A stretch of 29,977 nt of DNA from an uncultured archaeon (GTDB lineage Archaea; Thermoproteota; EX4484-205; JAAOZP01). Position 1 is the first letter of the stretch. Every line of letters starts with the position of its first letter. The position numbers were made by a program, and so were the translations under genes. Below are positions 27,054 to 29,977 of this stretch, in pieces. Under the pieces are notes generated by a model that was not told where the DNA came from, did not search any database, and saw nothing but the letters and a program-made list of their open reading frames with translations. The stretch lies in contig CALIBN010000043.1 of NCBI GenBank assembly GCA_938045545.1, positions 1 to 29,977 of the forward strand. The letters are read 5' to 3'.

Positions 27054-28391
27054 ATGACTGTTAAAATAACAGTGATAGGCGCAGGCAGCCTTGTTTTCAC
27101 CCCCAATATTCTTGCCGACATTGCTAAGTCGAGTGTCCTCGCCGGCTCTGAAGTCTGCCTTATGGATGTTGATGAGGAGAGACTTGGTTTGATGGCTAAG
27201 CTTGCTGATAGAATAGTGCGTGAAAAGAAGACGGATATCGCCGTTGACACGACCACGGACAGGGTTGAAGCCTTGAGAAACGCTGACTACGTGATCATCT
27301 CAATATCTGTGGGCACTGATGTTGAAAGGCTCGACGTTGAAATACCGGTGAAGCATGGTTTATACACGCCTGTCGGCGATACTACTGGGCCGCAGGGTTT
27401 TGCAAGAGCGCTTAGACACATCCCGGTTATGGTGGATATCGCTAAGGATGTTGAAAAAATCTGTCCGAGTGCCTACGTGCTTAACGTGACTAATCCGATG
27501 ACCGCGTTGTGCACAGCTATGCTTAAGGCCTCGAGGATAAACCTCATCGGGCTTTGCGGCGGAATATATTCGGCGAAAAGCTTCATCGCCAGGTTTCTAA
27601 ACGTGGATCCTGAGGCTGTAAGCGTGATTGCGGGCGGGATAAACCACTTCACATGGATAAAAGAGATGTTTGTTAGGGGCGAGAAGGCCTATCCCAGGTT
27701 TAGAGAAGCCTGGGAGAACGCTAAGAGGAAATACGGTGAAACTGAGATGCTTGAAAAATTCAGAGGCCACTACGTATCCCTGCTCTTGTACGATAAGCTT
27801 GGGCTCCTCCCCTCGCCGTCGGACTCCCACATAGCTGAATTCCTACCATTCTTTATAAGAGAGGAAAGGTCTTACGGCGCCTCCTATGGTTTAACACTCT
27901 ACCCGGAGGGGACGATATATGATCCCGAGTGGCGTGAGGAAGCCTGGTCGCAGCTGGTTAAATGGGCGGTCGGCGGGGCTCCGTTGGACGAGTTGTTTGC
28001 AAGGACGTTCACGGAGGAAACGCTTGTAATCAGGGTGCTTGAAAGCCTAGCCTCTGACCGCGACGATTTCTACGAGGCGGTGAACGTCCCGAACATGGGG
28101 TCTATCCCGGATATTCCGGGCGACGCTGTGGTCGAGGTTCCCGGGGTTGTTGGCAATATTGGGGTTAAGCCTGTTCAAGTCGGCCCGCTTCCGGAAGCGA
28201 TTACAATGTTTCTGAGACAGCAGCTTACGCACGTAGGTTTAACTGTTGACGCAGCTTTAACCGGGGACCGTGGGCTTGCGCTGCAAGCATTGTTAACCCA
28301 TCCTTCAACGCCGACTTTAGAGGCCGCTGAAAACATTCTTGACGACCTGATACGCTACGAGGCTAAGTATCTTCCAAAGTTTAAAGGTTAA
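27054..28391 (+). CDS. Family 4 glycoside hydrolase (NAD+/Mn2+-dependent, alpha-galactosidase/glucosidase-like)
   Basis: Motifs KITVIGAGSLVF, ALRNADYV, GDTTGPQG, LNVTNPM, GLC, GINHFTW, DSHIAEF, NVPNMG and VVEVP. Alternative start at GTG 27045. Confidence 0.93.
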   Translation: MTVKITVIGAGSLVFTPNILADIAKSSVLAGSEVCLMDVDEERLGLMAKLADRIVREKKTDIAVDTTTDRVEALRNADYVIISISVGTDVERLDVEIPVKHGLYTPVGDTTGPQGFARALRHIPVMVDIAKDVEKICPSAYVLNVTNPMTALCTAMLKASRINLIGLCGGIYSAKSFIARFLNVDPEAVSVIAGGINHFTWIKEMFVRGEKAYPRFREAWENAKRKYGETEMLEKFRGHYVSLLLYDKLGLLPSPSDSHIAEFLPFFIREERSYGASYGLTLYPEGTIYDPEWREEAWSQLVKWAVGGAPLDELFARTFTEETLVIRVLESLASDRDDFYEAVNVPNMGSIPDIPGDAVVEVPGVVGNIGVKPVQVGPLPEAITMFLRQQLTHVGLTVDAALTGDRGLALQALLTHPSTPTLEAAENILDDLIRYEAKYLPKFKG

Positions 28392-29590
28392 CAGCCTACA
28401 GGGTAGTCTGCCAGACGCCTCCAAGCCTCCAACACCGCCTCTATGCTCTCCCAAGGAGTGTCTGGAAATATTTGGTCTATCGCCGACAATATGAACCCTC
28501 CCCCGGGAGCGAGTATTCCAATAGCTTCCGCAACCGCCTTCTCGATCTCCCCTCTGGACCATTGGGTCAGCGTGACTGACGAGTTTAAGCCTCCCCATAT
28601 GCATATCCTGTCTCCGACCTGCTTCTTAACCTCGTGCAGCTTCGCCCCGCCTTGAACAGGGTCCACACCGTAGAGAACATCCACCCCGGCTTCTTTAAAG
28701 AAGCCTAGAAGAGGCATTATGCCGGTGGACATTATGTAGCAAAACTTGAGCCCATGTTTATGAACGTAGTCAGCCAGCCTTTTAACATAGGGCAGAATAA
28801 ACCTGCTGTAGAGCCTCGGCGGCCAGAAATCAGCGTTCTCATACCATCCGCGGTGAACCACGAGGTCCACCGCACCAGTCTCCACGGCCAGCCGTATATA
28901 CCTAACGTCCCATTCAAATATCACGTCCAGTATTCTCTGGATGAACTCCGGCTTAAAATAGGCGGCTTTAACAGTGTTTTCAAGGCCGCAGAGCCAGTGC
29001 AGCGCGTCTGCGCCGACGACTCCGCCCTCAACCCCCTTCTCAGAGGTCATGCCGGCTTCAACCAGGACACCGTGCTCGTCTGCGAAGCTTTTAACCCTGT
29101 CGGCTTCCTGAAGGAAGGCTTCGAGCTCCCTGTCTGAAGGCTCCGCGAGAAGGCTGGAGAGAGCGTCTAAATCCTCCTCTTTCTCAACGAGAAACTTTAC
29201 GGAGCGGGCTCTCGGGACAACGAAATCCGTGAAGAGAGGAATATCGTCGCCATGCGGCCAATCAGGCGTTTGACGCACAACACGCTTGAGAACACCCTTG
29301 GCAGTATGATACTCTTTCACGATGAGCGGGTATTTTTCTCCAGCCGGATGAACCTTGCTAACCCTGGTTTCAACCTCCGGGTTGAGTGAAACAGGGACTT
29401 TCAAAGTAACGGTGTCATCCATCCCAAGCTTCAAAAGTTTGGGGACGCGTTCAAACTCGCTGCGCCAAGAGTCGCCCTCATCCACCAAGTAGGGCCGCTC
29501 CCACCATTTGAAGCATAATGGAACATGGTCGGGCTCCTTCAGGCTCATAGCTGTTAAGAGGCGCTCCCTCGAACTCAACTCCACCCTCAA
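28388..29590 (-). CDS. URO-D-like (uroporphyrinogen decarboxylase/methyltransferase fold) protein
   Basis: SSRERLLTAM...PDHVP N-terminus, GVDPVQG, ICIWGG, GGGFILS and TPWESI. Stop overlaps the convergent GH4 stop in GTTAAC. Confidence 0.88.
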   Translation of the reverse strand: MRVELSSRERLLTAMSLKEPDHVPLCFKWWERPYLVDEGDSWRSEFERVPKLLKLGMDDTVTLKVPVSLNPEVETRVSKVHPAGEKYPLIVKEYHTAKGVLKRVVRQTPDWPHGDDIPLFTDFVVPRARSVKFLVEKEEDLDALSSLLAEPSDRELEAFLQEADRVKSFADEHGVLVEAGMTSEKGVEGGVVGADALHWLCGLENTVKAAYFKPEFIQRILDVIFEWDVRYIRLAVETGAVDLVVHRGWYENADFWPPRLYSRFILPYVKRLADYVHKHGLKFCYIMSTGIMPLLGFFKEAGVDVLYGVDPVQGGAKLHEVKKQVGDRICIWGGLNSSVTLTQWSRGEIEKAVAEAIGILAPGGGFILSAIDQIFPDTPWESIEAVLEAWRRLADYPVGC

Positions 29591-29692
29591 CTTAAATACT
29601 TCAACAAGATTTAGAAAGACTCTTTAAAACTTTAAACAAAACTCTAGAGTTCATATTTAAACTGCACGCTAAGGGGGTTGACGCATGCAATC

Positions 29693-29890
29693 TCAGAATG
29701 AGGCAAATATTCTTAAGGAAGGTAAAACCGGCCTTTGATCCTTCTTGAGCAGAGTAACCACTACCTTCACGCATTCATCGTGATTAACGATAATATGCAT
29801 ATTTCTAACGAGTTCATCAAGGCCCAGCCCATGCGAAATCATTTTCTCAAAGGGGAATGGCCTGAATATTTCTTCATCAGCCTGATAACT
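29693..29890 (-). pseudogene. C-terminal remnant of a zinc-type alcohol dehydrogenase (MDR family)
   Basis: VIRLMKKYSG, then after a frameshift FPFEKMISHGLGLDELVRNM...ECVKVVVT. This matches the ITH-x-x-x-L-D-E...KVV tail of MDR dehydrogenases. No intact upstream frame. Confidence 0.55.
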
Positions 29891-29977
29891 CTCCCCCGCC
29901 TATTTCCGCGCGCTACTCCCAGTATTCTTGCCAACATCGGAGTCGAGTGTACTCGCCGGCTTAGAAGCTTGTTCCAA

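Noticed and set aside
149-29915. RY motif copies as a CRISPR array or integron attC array
   Set aside because: Copies are too short, degenerate and irregularly spaced for CRISPR. There are no GTTRRRY/RYYYAAC ends, flanking genes are not co-oriented, and no integrase or cas gene is in the window.

Overview
A ~30 kb archaeal chromosomal window. Most genes have TATA-like boxes about 23-31 nt upstream of the start codon, and the window carries NitrOD5/DUF3227-like and AN1-zinc-finger proteins. The gene content resembles a heterotrophic TACK lineage such as Bathyarchaeia or Brockarchaeota; this is inference only. The genes are mostly singletons. Carbohydrate/redox enzymes: aldo-keto reductase, Gfo/Idh/MocA, sugar isomerase, GH4, a membrane-anchored GH-A-like protein and two URO-D-like proteins. 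Others: SfsA, TrmO, M20 peptidase, Acr3, and a MazG-like plus HhH pair. Several pseudogenes and short gene remnants are present. I saw no rRNA, tRNA, CRISPR array or transposase. Two items stand out. (1) A stand-alone, translationally coupled NurA-HerA pair lacks adjacent mre11/rad50, and its NurA is enlarged by an internal winged-helix-like insertion. (2) A 12-bp pseudo-palindrome (consensus about TRRCGYRCGYYA, ideal TAGCGCGCGCTA) recurs across intergenic regions, sometimes paired into hairpins and often at gene ends or at the edges of decayed gene fragments. All family calls come from motif recognition by eye; no searches were run.
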